Shown here: piece by piece, positions 24,601 to 39,200 of the stretch
How positions within the stretch are numbered: the stretch's first letter is position 1
Layout of the letters: each line of letters opens with the position of its first letter
NCBI GenBank assembly: GCA_040954595.2
Contig: CM082592.2
Coordinates: 11,872,632-11,936,631, forward strand
Source: Balanoglossus misakiensis
Taxonomy: Eukaryota; Animalia; Hemichordata
Length of the DNA stretch: 64,000 nucleotides
Reading direction: 5' to 3'
The notes under the pieces: model-generated
Told to the model about the DNA's origin: nothing
The model's input: the letters and a program-made list of their open reading frames with translations, nothing else
Databases searched by the model: none
Position numbers and translations under genes: made by a program

Positions 24601-27600
24601 AGCACGCTTCTTTCTATTATAGAAATGTCAGTGAACACAATATGTGTCAACTAATCTGTTTTGAGTTGGCTGTTTTTCATGGATGGCTAGAGCTGATATG
24701 TGATAAATAACTGGAGACCAATATGAAGTAGTCATGCATTTTGTATGCCCATAATGTTATACTGCCTGAGCCACTTCCGCCGTTTGCCAGAGATTTTCAT
24801 CACATCTGTCAGCAGTGTTTCTGGAAACAGCTTGCAATGTGTCGGATATGACTATGCTCAGCAGCTTACAGTGAGTGAATAAGCGACTGGTTTGTCTGTA
24901 TAACAGGTATATACTAGTACAGACGCACCAATTACTTGTACATTTTGTACCACTAATTTAATGTGTACAATCACAAAACTGAAAGTCTGCTATATTCACT
25001 AAATCTAGCGTGACTTGCTCCCCGACCAGGGAAAGAGAGATACTAGTACGTTGATATATAAGGGCACGTCTGATAAGGGTGAGTGACCTCAAAGCATCAT
25101 ACATGTACATGCATGGCTGCATTTGTCAACAGAATTGTTGTAGTTTTGCGGTCACCTTGTGGGGCTCCCCTTTTGTTAGTTCACATTCTACCCAGATGTT
25201 TTTGAATCGCCAGATTGTGGTTATTGTTGCAGAAGAGCTGACCACTCACTTGTGTCAACAGTTGGATGACCTGACCACCCCTTTGCCCCGGCATGTCATG
25301 GCATTCCTGTATGCTATGTAGTGCTGCGTGGGACATTCCAACTAGGAAAAGTCTATTTTATGGGGGGTTGGGGGTTGTTGTTGGTTCATTTTCCTGAGGG
25401 TGAGAAAGAAGGACTCAAATAGTTCAGATATAAAGAGGAGGTGGTGTGGTCAATTGGCCGAATGTAATGGACTGTTGGAGGAGGGCATTGATATTTTTGG
25501 TACCCCTGAACAAGACACATTCTTCTTTCTGAAGGTATGTGCCAATAGCCTCAACTTAAAAGATAGATATTAACGACTTTTCAACTTTCTAATACTTTCT
25601 GCAGCCAAACAGAGGCTTGAAGACAAGCTGGCACTTGCAGCCAGAGAGAAGTTAGCTCAGTCGTCGCGAGAGAGACAGCTACAGTTGGAAAGAAAGAAGA
25701 AAGCTGCCATGTTTCTGAGTAAGCTGAAGGGCGGTGGTCCTGCCAGTGCCACGGCAACAGCCATGGACATCACAACTTCGGATGAAATGTTGGGATCTAC
25801 TGCTTCTGTAACTGGTAAGAGAGAGAGGAATTAGAATTCCCCAAAAAGATACTTTTCATGATAAACGTCACTGCGGTATTTCTCAGTGTTCTGTGTTTCT
25901 TTCTGAGTTTGGCGAGTCAGACCAGAACACAGCTACCAGCCAAGTCATGAAAAACTTGTAGCTTATGAGCTAGTGGATTTTCTCACCTCTGAAATGTGTC
26001 AATGTTAATTCTTAACTCGTGGCTATTTATTATTGAATAGTAACCTTCACAGACTTCTAATCTTGTATGGATGTTTCTGTTTCGTTTTTGAGTAACCGGA
26101 AATTTGTTGCAGCCTGGTAATCTCACATAGTTTTGCTGACATGAAAATGTCAGTTTTCAGGTTATCGGGTCAAGTAGCTGGATTTTTTCTCTGAAGCTCA
26201 TTCTTTTGAAAAAAGTGGGGGTGGTCAGTTGCATCAAAATCTGATGCAAGAGTTTGTTCCGTTCACACAGGATGACATCATCCCTATGTGTGTTTACAGT
26301 TTTTCTGAAAGACCAGCCAAGTGGTTGCGTGCGAATTGACAATAGAACCGGGGATGTGAATTAATACCTACAGAATTACTGATAGTGGCAGCGGCAGTTT
26401 TTCTATTATTGGAATTTATCTCAGCTGTATTAAAAAGGTCATCACCCACACTCTCAACAGATGGCTACACCTACTGAACATTTTGTAAACATGTCCTGGA
26501 GTAGCATGATGTTTTATCCAAATCAAGCTACACATCAGAAAGTTTGGGATTTTTAATGCAAGTAATTACCACTATGTTGGAATTTGTTACAAGTGTAAGA
26601 AAGTTAGAAAGTGGTAGATGTTTTGGTTCTTTGCAGTATGATGTTAGTAATATCATATAGATAATTTTGTGGAAAGGTTTGCTTTGAATAGTTGAATTCA
26701 AACTCCGAAAAATCAAACAAAATTGTCTGTGTATAATGTTATATCATTCTGAATTAATTTATTGTAAGTGCACTATTGTTGTGCTAAATGCAGCTCTAGG
26801 GAGGCATTCAGTGTCTGGTTTCTACAGATGTCATTCAGTTCACCATGGTTTATTTTCTGTCTCTCATCAGCCCCATCAGCCGTGTCTTCATCCAGGACAG
26901 CCAGAAGCGAGTCTCCAATACATGACAACCCAGTGAAATTTTTACCTCATTCAAGGTCTTTGTCCCCCATCAAGAGACGTTCCAAGTCTCCACCCAGGTC
27001 TTATAGAAAATCTTACAGGTAAGAAGAGGCATTTCATATCATCCAATCCTGGGTCATTTAGGACAGCCATGTGACCATATGATAAATGTCACGTGATCAG
27101 ACTGGTGATCAAAAATAGTACTGTGTACACAACCATTACACAATTTGTCCTATTTATTTCAGATTCCATTCTCAAGCAAGGTCAAGATCGAGGTCGCCCA
27201 AGGGACACAGGTCACGTTCAAGGTCAAAATCCCCCAAAAGACGAAGACATGCATCTCCTGCCCTTCCAACACAGAGACCACAACCTACGGACGATAACAA
27301 TAGGTAAGTCGCAAAACGAGGAAGCGTATGGTGTCTTCCCTTCAGTGTGTGTTTCATTGGCTGTCAAACCAAGGATCTGTGAATATTCCAGCCAGTGTGA
27401 AAATTGACAGTGTAGCTGAAACTTTCTCTGGCTTCCTGAGTGTTGCATAAACTGTCAGTCAGGCTTCTACAAGACTTCCCAAGGAATTTTAGAGCTACAA
27501 TGTTATTGAAATTTAGTAACTTGTTTTGGACGGATGTTGCTGTTCACTTTCAGGACTTGGAAATGTCAAGATGTTATGTCGCAAAATATTGATGAGACAT

Positions 27601-30600
27601 TTTGATCTTTAGGTCTCTTGATTTTGTGCGATGATACTTTTTAGTGAAGAATCATCTGTTGTGTCCATGCTGTATTTTTTGCTCGATCTCACAATAGAGG
27701 ACACCCATTGACAATTGGGTTCGGTCACAAATAAAATCAATTTTATTTCTAAAAAGAGCCGTAAATCTAGGGCACTCGTTCAGGAAATGGAGAAAATGAT
27801 AATGTAGGCCACAGTCAGATTTGTATGCATAGACTCACTTGTAAATTGAGGTGATCTGCATTCTCTTAGCGTGGATGGGGCCTAGGACTTGTGCATAGTG
27901 ATTGATTTTTGTCTAGGTGGCCGTGGCAGACATTGTGTCAGATAATGGGAGCATCCTAAGAAATGCTTGCTGCAGACATTTTATCAGTCTTAGATATTGA
28001 AGATTAATAACCGCATCCAACATGTCATCTGCGCCTGTGTCTTCAACTGTTAAATTATTAATGCTCTTTCTCTCCAAGGGATTTTGTGGAGACTGATTAC
28101 AAGGTTGTTGAATTCACTACAATCTCATTTCTTATCTAATTCAATTTTATTTTTTTCCGGGGGTGCTTAAAGGTATACAGTTTCCTACTAGCAGAAAACA
28201 AGACAGGTGCTTTACATATTATAGGTTTGGGGATTTTATTTTGAACTAATACATGCATTACGAGACACTTGGTTTGCTCAAAATAGATTGTTTATGCCTG
28301 ACACTTTTGATTCTGAAACCAGTGTTTATTCCTCTCATATGGGAATCTTCAAGAATTAGTTTTGGACCTCAGTGAAATAAAAAATGACCAGAAGACCAAA
28401 GCAACATGGTGTCAGCAAGAGAATATGCTGGTTGTATTCCAGATATTTCTAGAACAAGACCAGGTTGAAGGCTGGGCATGTGGAAATTTCCGTGGCCTTT
28501 TGTGTTCTCCCCCTTGGATGGGGAAAGATATTTGGGATGCCTCTGTTTAGGTCATTGGTTTGGATGTATGATATATGTAAAGACTGTGGAAATGGTTTGG
28601 ATGCCTGCCATAATTGGTGTCTGCAGACACAGAGAATGGTTGAGATGCCACCACCATTCTCAAGGATGGAAGTCAAGCTTTCTGTCTTCACAGTTTGTGA
28701 AAGTTTAGGGATTGATCAATGATGATATGCTGGTTGTACATTGAGCCATCAATTGGATCAGGTTAGACATAGAGATGGTCTTTTTACTGATTTGGTCGTC
28801 TAATATTCCATCGCATTCTCTGTTAGTTGATCTTAATTAAATTAAATGTTTTGAATTTTTTAACAAAGATATTGATGGAGAAATAATTTTTGAATGCGAG
28901 TCACAGTTGGGCAGATCTTTGTGTTACATGTACTTATTGTGGTCTTCAGATGTTTGTACCAAACTATTCTGACTATGATATGTCGATCCTGCAGTTTTAT
29001 TGTCATTACATGCATGGTTATTGAGAGCAAAGGGTCCGTTTCCTAGGTAGCAAAATTTGAATTGAATACACGGACAATAATCTCCAACAGACTTCAGTAC
29101 AAATTCCTAATGGAACAGAACGTGAACAAAATATTGAAAGAACTCACCATATGTAAACGTCTGATTGAATTGATTCTTGTATTATTCAAATATTAAGTAA
29201 AAATACAATGTGAGCTCTTTTGACATTAAAATGTTTCTAAAAATATCGCAATGCCAACAGAAATGTTACATAATAAATGCATTTATATTAAAATGAATGA
29301 GTAGCTGAAACATATACTATGGCAGAAATTTCATTGAAACATTCTGTATGATGTTTTATTCGGTATCACTATCAGTTAAAAATCTGAATTGGTTTTGTTG
29401 AATATGCTGCATAAATGTCATCATGGTCATTAAAATGCTTTGCCAGATATTTGCCTTCATCCCAGGCTCAGCTAATGACCTTTTACCGACATAGGAAAAT
29501 TTATATGATATTTTGCTGCTGAGGGCAGTAACCTCGTCACAGAACTGAGTTAATCTGGGTCAAGTAGTTTATTATGTGTGGCACATTTTGTGGTGTAACG
29601 GAGAATGCAATGGTCACCCTGCAAGGTATTGAAGTGGAGAATATTTGATATAAACAGGAAGTAATAATTCATTTTATTTCAGACAGAATATCCTACTTTT
29701 GATGTGGGTAATCTCCTATTTGATGCATTTGATTACTCGTATACAAAAGTAAAATATGGTTGCTATGCACAGCTGTCCACCTGTTGCATCAGCTTTTGAT
29801 AGCAGCAGTTCCATTGGTTGAGTTATTCAATATAAGTTTTTATGCGTGTCTTTAGTTGTTCTGGTCTATAAATGACTGTGGAATTTACAACTCTGCCTTT
29901 TTTCAGTTGTTCACAGCAGGAATAGTTCTCGACCTGCTGTGGGTAATCTTTCAGATGCTCACTTATAACGAGTGCTCAGGAATGAAAGATAAATCGTGCA
30001 AGCATGCACACACAAACAAATACAGTGGACACACAAACACCTGTGTGCTTAAACAACATGTACACTATCGTAAAGCTAGAGAAAGTCTCTGTGTAAAAAT
30101 ATAAGAACTTTTTACAATTAGAAGTAGAATTTATTGATCAGAGTAGTAAAAATGATCTAATGATTCCTGTGTGTGTTTTATCCCCCTAGGTCCCACAGTC
30201 AAAGAGAGGTATCATCTCCATCACATCACAGAAGCAATAGAGATTATTATAGGTATTTATGTTATACAGCTCTCTCGTTGCTCAGAAGTTGAGAGAATTT
30301 ACTAAATATATATGATGTATTAAAAAAATTAGATTACATGTTGAGTTTTATCAAACTCTTTACAGGTCATAACTTTTACAAATGGTGATAATGTTTCTAA
30401 TAAATGCTTTTGTTTTATCTTGAACAGGAGATCGGATGACAGAGATACAGAAGAGAGAACACACTTGCCACCCAACATCAATGAGGTGAGTTGACAAGTC
30501 TAAAGTTTCTGATTTTGGTTCTCTGTTGCATATACCAGAGTTATGAGATCAGTTGGTCCATCATCTGTGTGTCCACTGCAAAAACTTGAGAACCACTGCA

Positions 30601-30783
30601 CATATCACAAGAGGGCGCACTTCAGCAGGCAGCAATAGCGCAATATTTGGCAACTTGTCTTCCAACTCTGAAAGATGAACGTGATCAGCTCTGACAGAAT
30701 TTTTCATGTTTACTCTGTTGCAGGATCTGAGAGCTAAAGTGCGTGCAATGTTAGCAGCGTCACGGCAGACTCCAACAAGTTAG
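12607..30783 (+). CDS. SFSWAP: Splicing factor SWAP (suppressor of white-apricot homolog), 16 exons, ~847 aa
   Basis: Exons 12607-12818, 13887-14050, 16205-16369, 21246-21328, 21684-21897, 22019-22161, 22445-22610, 22986-23226, 23335-23582, 23747-23974, 25605-25814, 26871-27018, 27163-27303, 30190-30252, 30428-30485, 30724-30783 (2544 nt, in frame). DRY_EERY domain ([34 protein letters not shown]), two SURP domains ([26 protein letters not shown]; [24 protein letters not shown]), [14 protein letters not shown] repeats, and C-terminal [13 protein letters not shown]. Confidence 0.93.
17072..17255. repeat. Diverged two-copy tandem duplication (~104 bp period) in SFSWAP intron 3
   Basis: caatgttttgatactt at 17072 and 17176, each followed by a similar ...agg.a.actc..gataa.a.tcc.. 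segment. Confidence 0.6.
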
Positions 30784-31759
30784 CGCAGTGGGAGGTGCCG
30801 CCAAACTGCCTCCCCTCCAACCCCCCCTGCCCCCCCCTCTGACTATTACTGCCTTCCATCAAATCCACTGTATGCGTGTTTGTATATCTGCGAATAAATG
30901 TATGTGTCACTTAACATGCTCAATGTGGCCACACCTTTCCCCTCCCCAAGACGCGTGAATTCATACATTTGCAAAATCGTCCACCAAAACCGAATTTTCA
31001 ACTCATTGAGAACCACTGACATAAAAAGGGGAGAAATTCAATGATTGAATGAAAATAACCATGTTGATAGTCCACCACAGCCAATGGCTATCACTCACTT
31101 CTGAGAAAACATCTCAGTACGTTGTGCTATTCTCCAACGGAAACATTTCACGGAAAAAACTCCAGCTCCTCATGACTCGACAAGTGGCTACAACAATTTT
31201 CACTTACTGTGCTATTTTTTGTTGTTAAACTGAAACATGTAGTTTTCAAATTTTTGATTTTATTTTTTGTTGTGCATCGTGTGTACTGAAACATGGAGAA
31301 TATTTTCCAAAATCTCCAGGTTTAGTGTTAAGTTGATCTTTGTTTGTTTGTTCACTAATTTTGTTTTCTTTTTGCGAGTTAAATTGAAAGTATCTTGTTC
31401 TCCAGTTGATAGATCTGATTCTAGACTAGGGGTAGTGTTTTCTTCAGCTTTCATTGACATCAAAATCACAAGATGTGTAGATTTCCTGAACTTGATAACT
31501 TCTACATTCATCCTACTGTTTATACCCATCACCATGGCAATGGCCAATGGGATTCAAGCAAGTTACATAAAATTAAACATCTTTCACTACTAATTCTACT
31601 AGGATTAAATGAATAAATTAGTACAGTTTCCATGGAAATGGAATATGAGGGAATGCAGTCAGTACATCCTGTTTAATGTTGTTACAATACTTAGATGTAC
31701 AAGTTGTCTTTTTTGTTCTTTCTTACTCTCACATCTAAAGTTGACAAAGTTTTGAACAG

Positions 31760-31960
31760 TACTGTTAAATCCCTTTTTGAAGCCTGGGCCTTTCTCTAAA
31801 CTTCCCAATGTCTACACACTGTAATTTTATGAGTACATTGAACATATATAACAGTTGAGTTGGTGCAATGTAGCAACAGTTGGTTGACCTGGGTCCGACT
31901 CACCAAACCAAGTTATTTCTAATAATTTTGGGGCACAGCTTCAAAAGGGATTGTACGGTT
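31760..31960. mobile_element. MITE-like element (~200 bp) with imperfect ~30-bp terminal inverted repeats, in the SFSWAP 3' region
   Basis: Left end actgttaaatccctttttgaagcctgggcc (31761-31790). Reverse complement of the right end (31931-31959) is accgtacaatcccttttgaagctgtgccc. TA-CTGT/ACGG-T ends resemble Tc1/mariner/pogo-derived MITEs. Confidence 0.55.
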
Positions 31961-34900
31961 TATCTCAAGGCAGTCCTTCATCTACCCTATTCATACCTGT
32001 TGCTGAAAACAAGAATTTTGACAGAATTTGCGTGATTTTTCCCCACAAAGAGTGTATATTCCAGTACATTTTATTTTTGCACACAATATGTAAGTTATGA
32101 ATGGATCTGTCAAAGTTGCCAGACTTTACTTGCACAAGAAACAAGCCAAAATATTTTTAAAAGTTCAGGCCCTCATACTCATCATGTAATGATGTGGCCA
32201 TATTTATAAACATGGAGTGTGTATAAATATCGTCTAGAGTTATTTATTTTCCACTTGAAAGCAAATATATTTTTTTGTTATCAGTATGCGAGTTGGTTAT
32301 GAGAGTGTGTGCATTCTACATAATGGAAACGTGCGTATGGGGAACATGAATAATTCTTTTGTTTTTATTTTTAAAAACTGTGTGTGAGTTTGGGTGTCTT
32401 GTGGCTCATATCACTAATAATTGACAAAGTCTTGTTTCAATATGTAAACCATGGCAACAGAATGGCCAAAATGACCGATTCATGTATGTTTACAGTAACA
32501 TAAAACTTACAGACACAACTCTTTGTGAATTTCACTCAAGGCCTTGTCAAAATTGCTGTTTTACCGCAAAAAAGAGACATTTTTTCAGATGTTTTTAATG
32601 ATTTAATGCTGCCAGAAAAAAAGGTGTTACTCTATGTATTTATTCTGGAGTACATGTTGAGACGTTAGAATTTGTTCAGCTTCATCTTTACCTACATTCT
32701 CCATTTGGTATCTTCCATTGACTTTATATGGACAGGGTAAGTCCATTTGACACAAGAAATGGGGAATGTTAATTAAAATCACAGAGGGGTGGATTCAAAT
32801 AGATGATACCCCTGTTGCATTTGAAGTAAATAAAATAGTAAAATAATACTGTGTTGTTGCGTTTTGGACATTGTTTGAAGACTTGACTGGACTACAACAA
32901 GCTGTTATTAGTTTTTGCTGTTTTAGGGCTGTACATGGCCAGTTTTAAGTTATTCTACTGTATGAGTTATGTGGACATGTTGGTGAATGGGAGGAAAACA
33001 GGCCCACTTACAATTAGAAAAAGGGCGCCCTCAGTTTACTGTTGAAATTCTTTAAATGTTTTGTTGAAGGGCTTAGTAGTTGACTTTCAATCATCTTTAT
33101 ATGACCTTGAGGCAAAGGAGGTCCAACCTCAGCCTTGCAGTTCATGTCTAATCTCATATTATTCCCTTCAGGCCACCCATCACTGGAGTATCCTAACAAC
33201 ATTCAAGTTCAATGACACGAAATTTAACACAGAAGATGACTAAAAAGTCACCCTATCTTCCAGACCATACCGTCGAATGGTCCACCCCTTTAACTGAAGA
33301 GGCAGTCTGGCACACATCTTCCGCTCACAAGGATCGTTGACTCAACCACAAAACCTTGGCGGGCGAACATGTCTGGCATGTTCCTGAAGTTATTCACTAA
33401 GAAAAGAGACAGAGCTATTTTGAGAAAACTGTTCACCTACAGTAGTATTTGCCTACTTCTAGTATCTGTGACCAGGTGGATGAATTATTTCGTTTTAAGT
33501 GCAAAGTCAACAAAACAAAAAAGGACTCAAAAACTTGCCCTACTTGTCCGTTGCAACCTTTGATTAATGGTGACCATTTGACATTATGTCAGTTTTTAAA
33601 GGCAGGCGTGACCCTAGAAATACACATTGTCCTTGAGAGTATGTGGGTCACTAGTAGGGGCCACGGTTAATGAGAATGTGCATGGCAATCCAAATTTATT
33701 GGTTCAAGGGGAGGGTATTAAGCTCTATATCGATAATCATTCACATAATTTTGTTTGCTGGTTTTTCAGGTGCAAGGATTTGCAAAATGTTTTAGACTTG
33801 TGTGAGAGTGCTTATTGGCCAAGATTTATGGCTTCACCACATCAGGGTTTCATAGTGAATGTTTATTGAGGTATGTACTATGCATATTTGCCGTGAGAGG
33901 CACTGTCTGTAGTTCCTGTCCACTGCTTTCAAACTGTTACTTGATTTATAATGGCAGCTTTTTATAGTATATATATTGGAGCCTTTCTGGCATGAAATAA
34001 TCTTTTATAACAACTGTAATGTACATCTGGTTCCATCTCTCTCATTTTTTTTTTCATTTCTTTGTTTATGTAAACTTTGTTTCCTGTGTATATCATGCAT
34101 AATATGCTGATTACATATTCATCTAATCGTTTGTGAAAAATGAAGATCAAAACAGAGTCATGATGAAACAAGAAGGGGTGTATTGTGCAAATCTATCAAC
34201 TCCAGACTATTTGCAATGAGTCAATGAGAACTACATCTATTATGCAATGTTACACAGTTAAGCTCATTATCCAAAGGTCATAGCCCTCTTGGGTAGAGTC
34301 AGTCATGAGACAGCATGTTGTTTCCGCTCCACAAAAACCAACGGCAAAATAGAGCAGTACCTGTAAATGCCATAAAGGGGCCTGTGTTTTACAACAATGA
34401 GACTCACAAACAGGGAACTATACTGATTGTTTTTGTAGCTAGTCTGGCTAAGAAATTGAAGAGTGGCCTTCTTATAATTTTGTATTAAATGCAATATATA
34501 CATTGAAAGGACATTTCTAATTAGCACATTCAATGCCACGTGAGTCAGACAGGTTGTGACCTAACACTTTATAATACAATCTGTTGTGTAACCCCAACTG
34601 TGATGGTGTTTAAACAACAGACATGTGAGAAAACAACAGTAACAGTAAAATGCAAATCAGTTAATGTCTATCAGATTATCTCCACCTCACTTCATTCAAT
34701 TGTTTGTCTCAGTTTAACATCTGAACAGAACATAAAAACACAGATTAGGTAGAAATATTGTGAAACTATAGAATTCAGAAAGCTGAAATATTTTAATATT
34801 TGAGGAAATATTTATACCCATGTATACATATTGAACCAGCTGACATACATTTTTTTTCATTTCAGTAAACATAGACCACCCCAGTTACAATTTTTTTCCA

Positions 34901-35394
34901 TCCAGTCGTTTTTTTTATATCTTCATGTATATGCGGGTAACATGTCGCTTTTCACAGGCAATTTAGACTGGAGGAGACACATGTACAGGCTGTTGGAAAC
35001 ATATTCTGCAGACTCACCATCTGGTGTTCAAGAAAAACTCACAGGTCAGTTCCTGAAATAGAATTGATGTACTGGGTTCAAACATTTTGTTTTATAACTG
35101 TAAGCTTATGTGAGACAAATTATGTGGAAAGTCATGTTTTTCTGTGGATTAACTTTTGGATAGTGTGTCTCACGTAGGTAATATCATGAACCATTGATGT
35201 ATATAAAGAGTACTGTGATAATGCATCACATTGTGTCTTTTGCAGATTTCAAAGCAGTGGCACCCATGAGACTGACCAATCATGTTTGATCATTCATGCA
35301 CCTGTTGAACACCTGTTTGAAGATATCCTCGTTGATCTTCACTACAAGGTCTGCTGCAGCCTCGAACCAGCATAAGGTAAGAACCCATTAGCTT

Positions 35395-35421
35395 GCAGCA
35401 GCAGCAGCAGCAGCAACAACA
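35395..35421 (+). repeat. (GCA)n/(ACA)n microsatellite
   Basis: gcagcagcagcagcagcagcaacaaca read directly. Confidence 0.7.
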
Positions 35422-36208
35422 TCACATGCACAAACTGTGTTGTTTGATAGTGGCAGTCTTCAGAATACTGTCAGCAGTCAATAACTGTGTACAATAATTA
35501 CATGGCTGAAACAGGCTTACACACACACACATTGAAATGGACCGACATCATCCATAGTCAAGACTAGCTCTCTTCCCAGGGGTCCATACGATAGACTCTT
35601 AAAGATACACCGTACACAGAAATCCATGAAATAATACATTTTATTATAAACATTCATTGGAGTGAATTTTTACAGTGACAGCTAACAAAATTCAAGCATC
35701 AGATGCAAAGTTGAGAAGAAGAGCCAACACCACATTTAATATCCCACTCCAAGAGGGCACATATTTAAAAAGTCTGCAGCATGGCAAGAATAATTGAATT
35801 CACAATATGCATTTTTAATAATAGTTTCAATTTGAGCCAACCCAAAATGTCTGAGTCTCTGTAAAGCTGTCTGTCAGCAACGTAAATGACATAAATTCAG
35901 CTCCCCTTATGCAAGTAATGACAGCCAATTTAATTTGAATACATATGCATAATCTGTACAACCAGATCTGCACGAGATCACTAATTTAAGACACTGTTTT
36001 GCTTCAAACATCACATCTATAATAATCTTCTTATAGTATCCCCATCCCTGCAAATAAAATTCCCCACTCAATTTGAGTTCCCTGCCCAATGCAAAAAACA
36101 TCTCATTATTCTGAGGCCTCCTCTGCAATCTCACAGGGAAGTGCTACACAGCAACACTTGGGGTAAACATAAGTGCTCCTTTAGTTGCTTCAGTGTCTGT
36201 CTGTGTGT

Positions 36209-39200
36209 CTACCACTTCAATTTGCCAGGCATGTACTTGTCGATCAGCGATTGGTAATACGGTTTCAGTGCCTCAATGTCTGGCAGGTCATCTGACTTGG
36301 AGTAAAGGTCATATTTGCTGTGGAAGGGAAAAAAGGATGAGAACAGTGAGGATAATGTTGGTGTCATTTAACAGTGGTGAGGTTTGATCCCTGTAGTGAG
36401 GAAATATGTCAAACCAATGGTTGGAATTGGGGGATTAGCACTTAGAGAAAAGGGGAGGATCCAAAAAATAGGAACACAGACACTGCCTCTGATTGGCTGT
36501 CTTATCCTGTTTCCAAAAATCAGCCTCTCGCATTGTCTGTCTCATTTGACACAACCTGAGTGTCATTGGATTGGCTTTTGAACCAGTTTGTGACTTACTT
36601 GAATTCCCGTACCCATGGCATCATTTCTTTATCTTTGTTGTTACAAAGATGCATGTAATCTCCACCGGTGTGCCAGGGATAGAATGAATGGAACCTGATC
36701 ATGTACAAGCCCTGTAATCAAAATAACAGAATTATTATTAATTTGGATAGTCTGATGTTTAATATCTTAGTTGCATATTTAATACTAAAACATAGAAAAT
36801 CATAGATAAATTTGATTTGAGAAGGGCAAGTTTGAATAAACTGACCTCTTCAGGTAACGTGGTCTTGTTGCCAACTAGGACCTGGTACATGTATTCTGCA
36901 ATGAAGAAATAGGAACAGACATTAGTGGATTTTCAAAGCCAGATCCCTCCCCTAGATTGCCAAATATGGAGAGCTTTATAATGACAATTTTGTTTTGGAT
37001 AATATGAATTTTTTCCAGTTTTGTTTGACTTTTTTGTTGCTGGATATTTTGTGTTATTGTTAATTTTTCTATGTAACAATTTTGTTGGCCCATCCTAAGT
37101 ACCAAATAATCATCGAAACATTTTTGAAAAGGAACCTCCTCCACCTGAAATTGTTGAGAAAGAGAGTCACAAGCAATCAAGTCCAGAAAAAACAAACACC
37201 CATTTACAAATAAAATCAAATAACCTGAATGAGGCAGTCGCACATTGAAACTAAAATCAGTCAAAAGCATCTCAGGCATTGAAGCCATGACACTGCAAAT
37301 ATTCCACTGGGAGAAAACAGTTCATGTGTACATTAGAAGACAGTTCAGATCCGGTTTTGCAAACCGGGAATCAATTTCACACGGAATGAAACGAGATGTA
37401 ATGCTGTGACAGCATGGAATGCAATTCGTAAGAATGCAGATCTCTGAACTCTCTTGTAATATACACAGTAGAAATGGCAAAGAATTCAATATTTCACTTT
37501 GAAATCCCTTCGCTGCTAAAATGTTCCCCCAAAATATAAATCGACACCAAGCTCTTTTATTTATTTGCAAATTTGGGTGTTCCCGCATATAAAAATCTTA
37601 CTTTTCTCCCAATAAGGTAGTATAATAAATGCTCATGATATCAATGATTGCAAGACAAACCAGATGATTTGTTTTCAAATGACCACAGTATCAAAGGTAG
37701 AACATGCCATAATCAAACCACACACTGCTCAATATTCACATCTGTAAAAATCGCCACCTCTAACTAATACTGCTTTGTTAAAAAAAAGAAACTTCAATTC
37801 TTTATTTTTCTCACCATCATGCCCCCAAGACATGAAAACATTCTCCAAGCCGCAATTTTCTTCATAAATTCCGCACTTGGTGCTGTGGAGAGTTGACAAA
37901 GTTTGTCTTTGCTTTTGCCAATTAGTGACACATGTCTGGGGCCCTTCCCTTCAAGAGCTTCCATTGGCTTCCCCATAATTTCTATTCAACCCAGTCATCA
38001 TTGCAGCAAAACTGCCAGTTGTATTCTGGCAACACCCGCATTTGGGGGTAGGGGGGGGGGGGGGTGACACCCACAGAGACCCATCATCTTTTCGCTTTCC
38101 CATTTTTGCTCTCCCACTCCCCTAATCAACCCTTTCTCCCCCACTTTACAGTGTTCAGTTCCAATCAGATCATTGACAACAATAGGCTGATACCAATGAA
38201 CATGTAAGAGGTGTTGGATGGAATAGAAGGGTCCCATTGAAATGAAATATATAAACGATAATATGATGGCATGTTGTTCTTAGGCAGAACAAAATTATAC
38301 AAATATACGAGGCATGCAATATAACATGGATGCAACAAAATGGTTGGTTTGTGGAGTGTGAATTCTATACAGCTTGACAGACGTGGCTAGTTGTAATGCT
38401 TTGTTGGCAAGGTAATGGCATTGAATACGCACAGAGGATGTCATATCAGATCACATTGATTCACTTGAGATCTTTCCAGGTACAACCACAAGAAATGGCT
38501 CCACATCAGATGGTAGATGGATGGCACATATATGCATGCACACACACACATACAGACAGACATACTTAAAAAGGTACAGCTTGGAACTTATTTGGGGGGA
38601 GGGGGAGGAATTGTAAGACAAGGCGTACATGTAGTTTCAATTCACCAAACTTTGTCAAAAATGTTCAAGAAATTGCAAAAAACTGAGACGCACTAAAATC
38701 AGAAGCAAAGAAAATTAATGAGCAGCAAGGGGAAAAAATGCAGTGAAAGGATAAACAATGACTGGCACAAAATTTAATTTTTTTTATTCTGTGAGCAAAT
38801 GCCATCATGTTTATATCACTGTATGCTTTACGAACAATTTCACAGTTCTGAGTTAGACTCTGAATTTAATATCAATTTCTTTTCATTTTGTTCACTTTGA
38901 GTTGTGGACCATAGATAGGCACTAAACAGGTTAAACACAAGGGCTGAATTTAGATTCTAAAAACAAAGCATTGGCACTACACTATATATTGCTCTATTCC
39001 TTTTTTTAAAATGAACTCTCAACCAACTTTATACCAGGTATAAAATTCCTTTGTGTGCGAGTTATTTCGTTTCTTGGCTGAGGTTCCATTGATGGTAAAA
39101 TCTTTTCTTCATTTGTGTAGGGTTATCAAACTCTCTCTCTCTCACTCATACATGTAGAATTCATTACTTACTTGAACTTGGGGTTGTGCAAGTCATTGTT

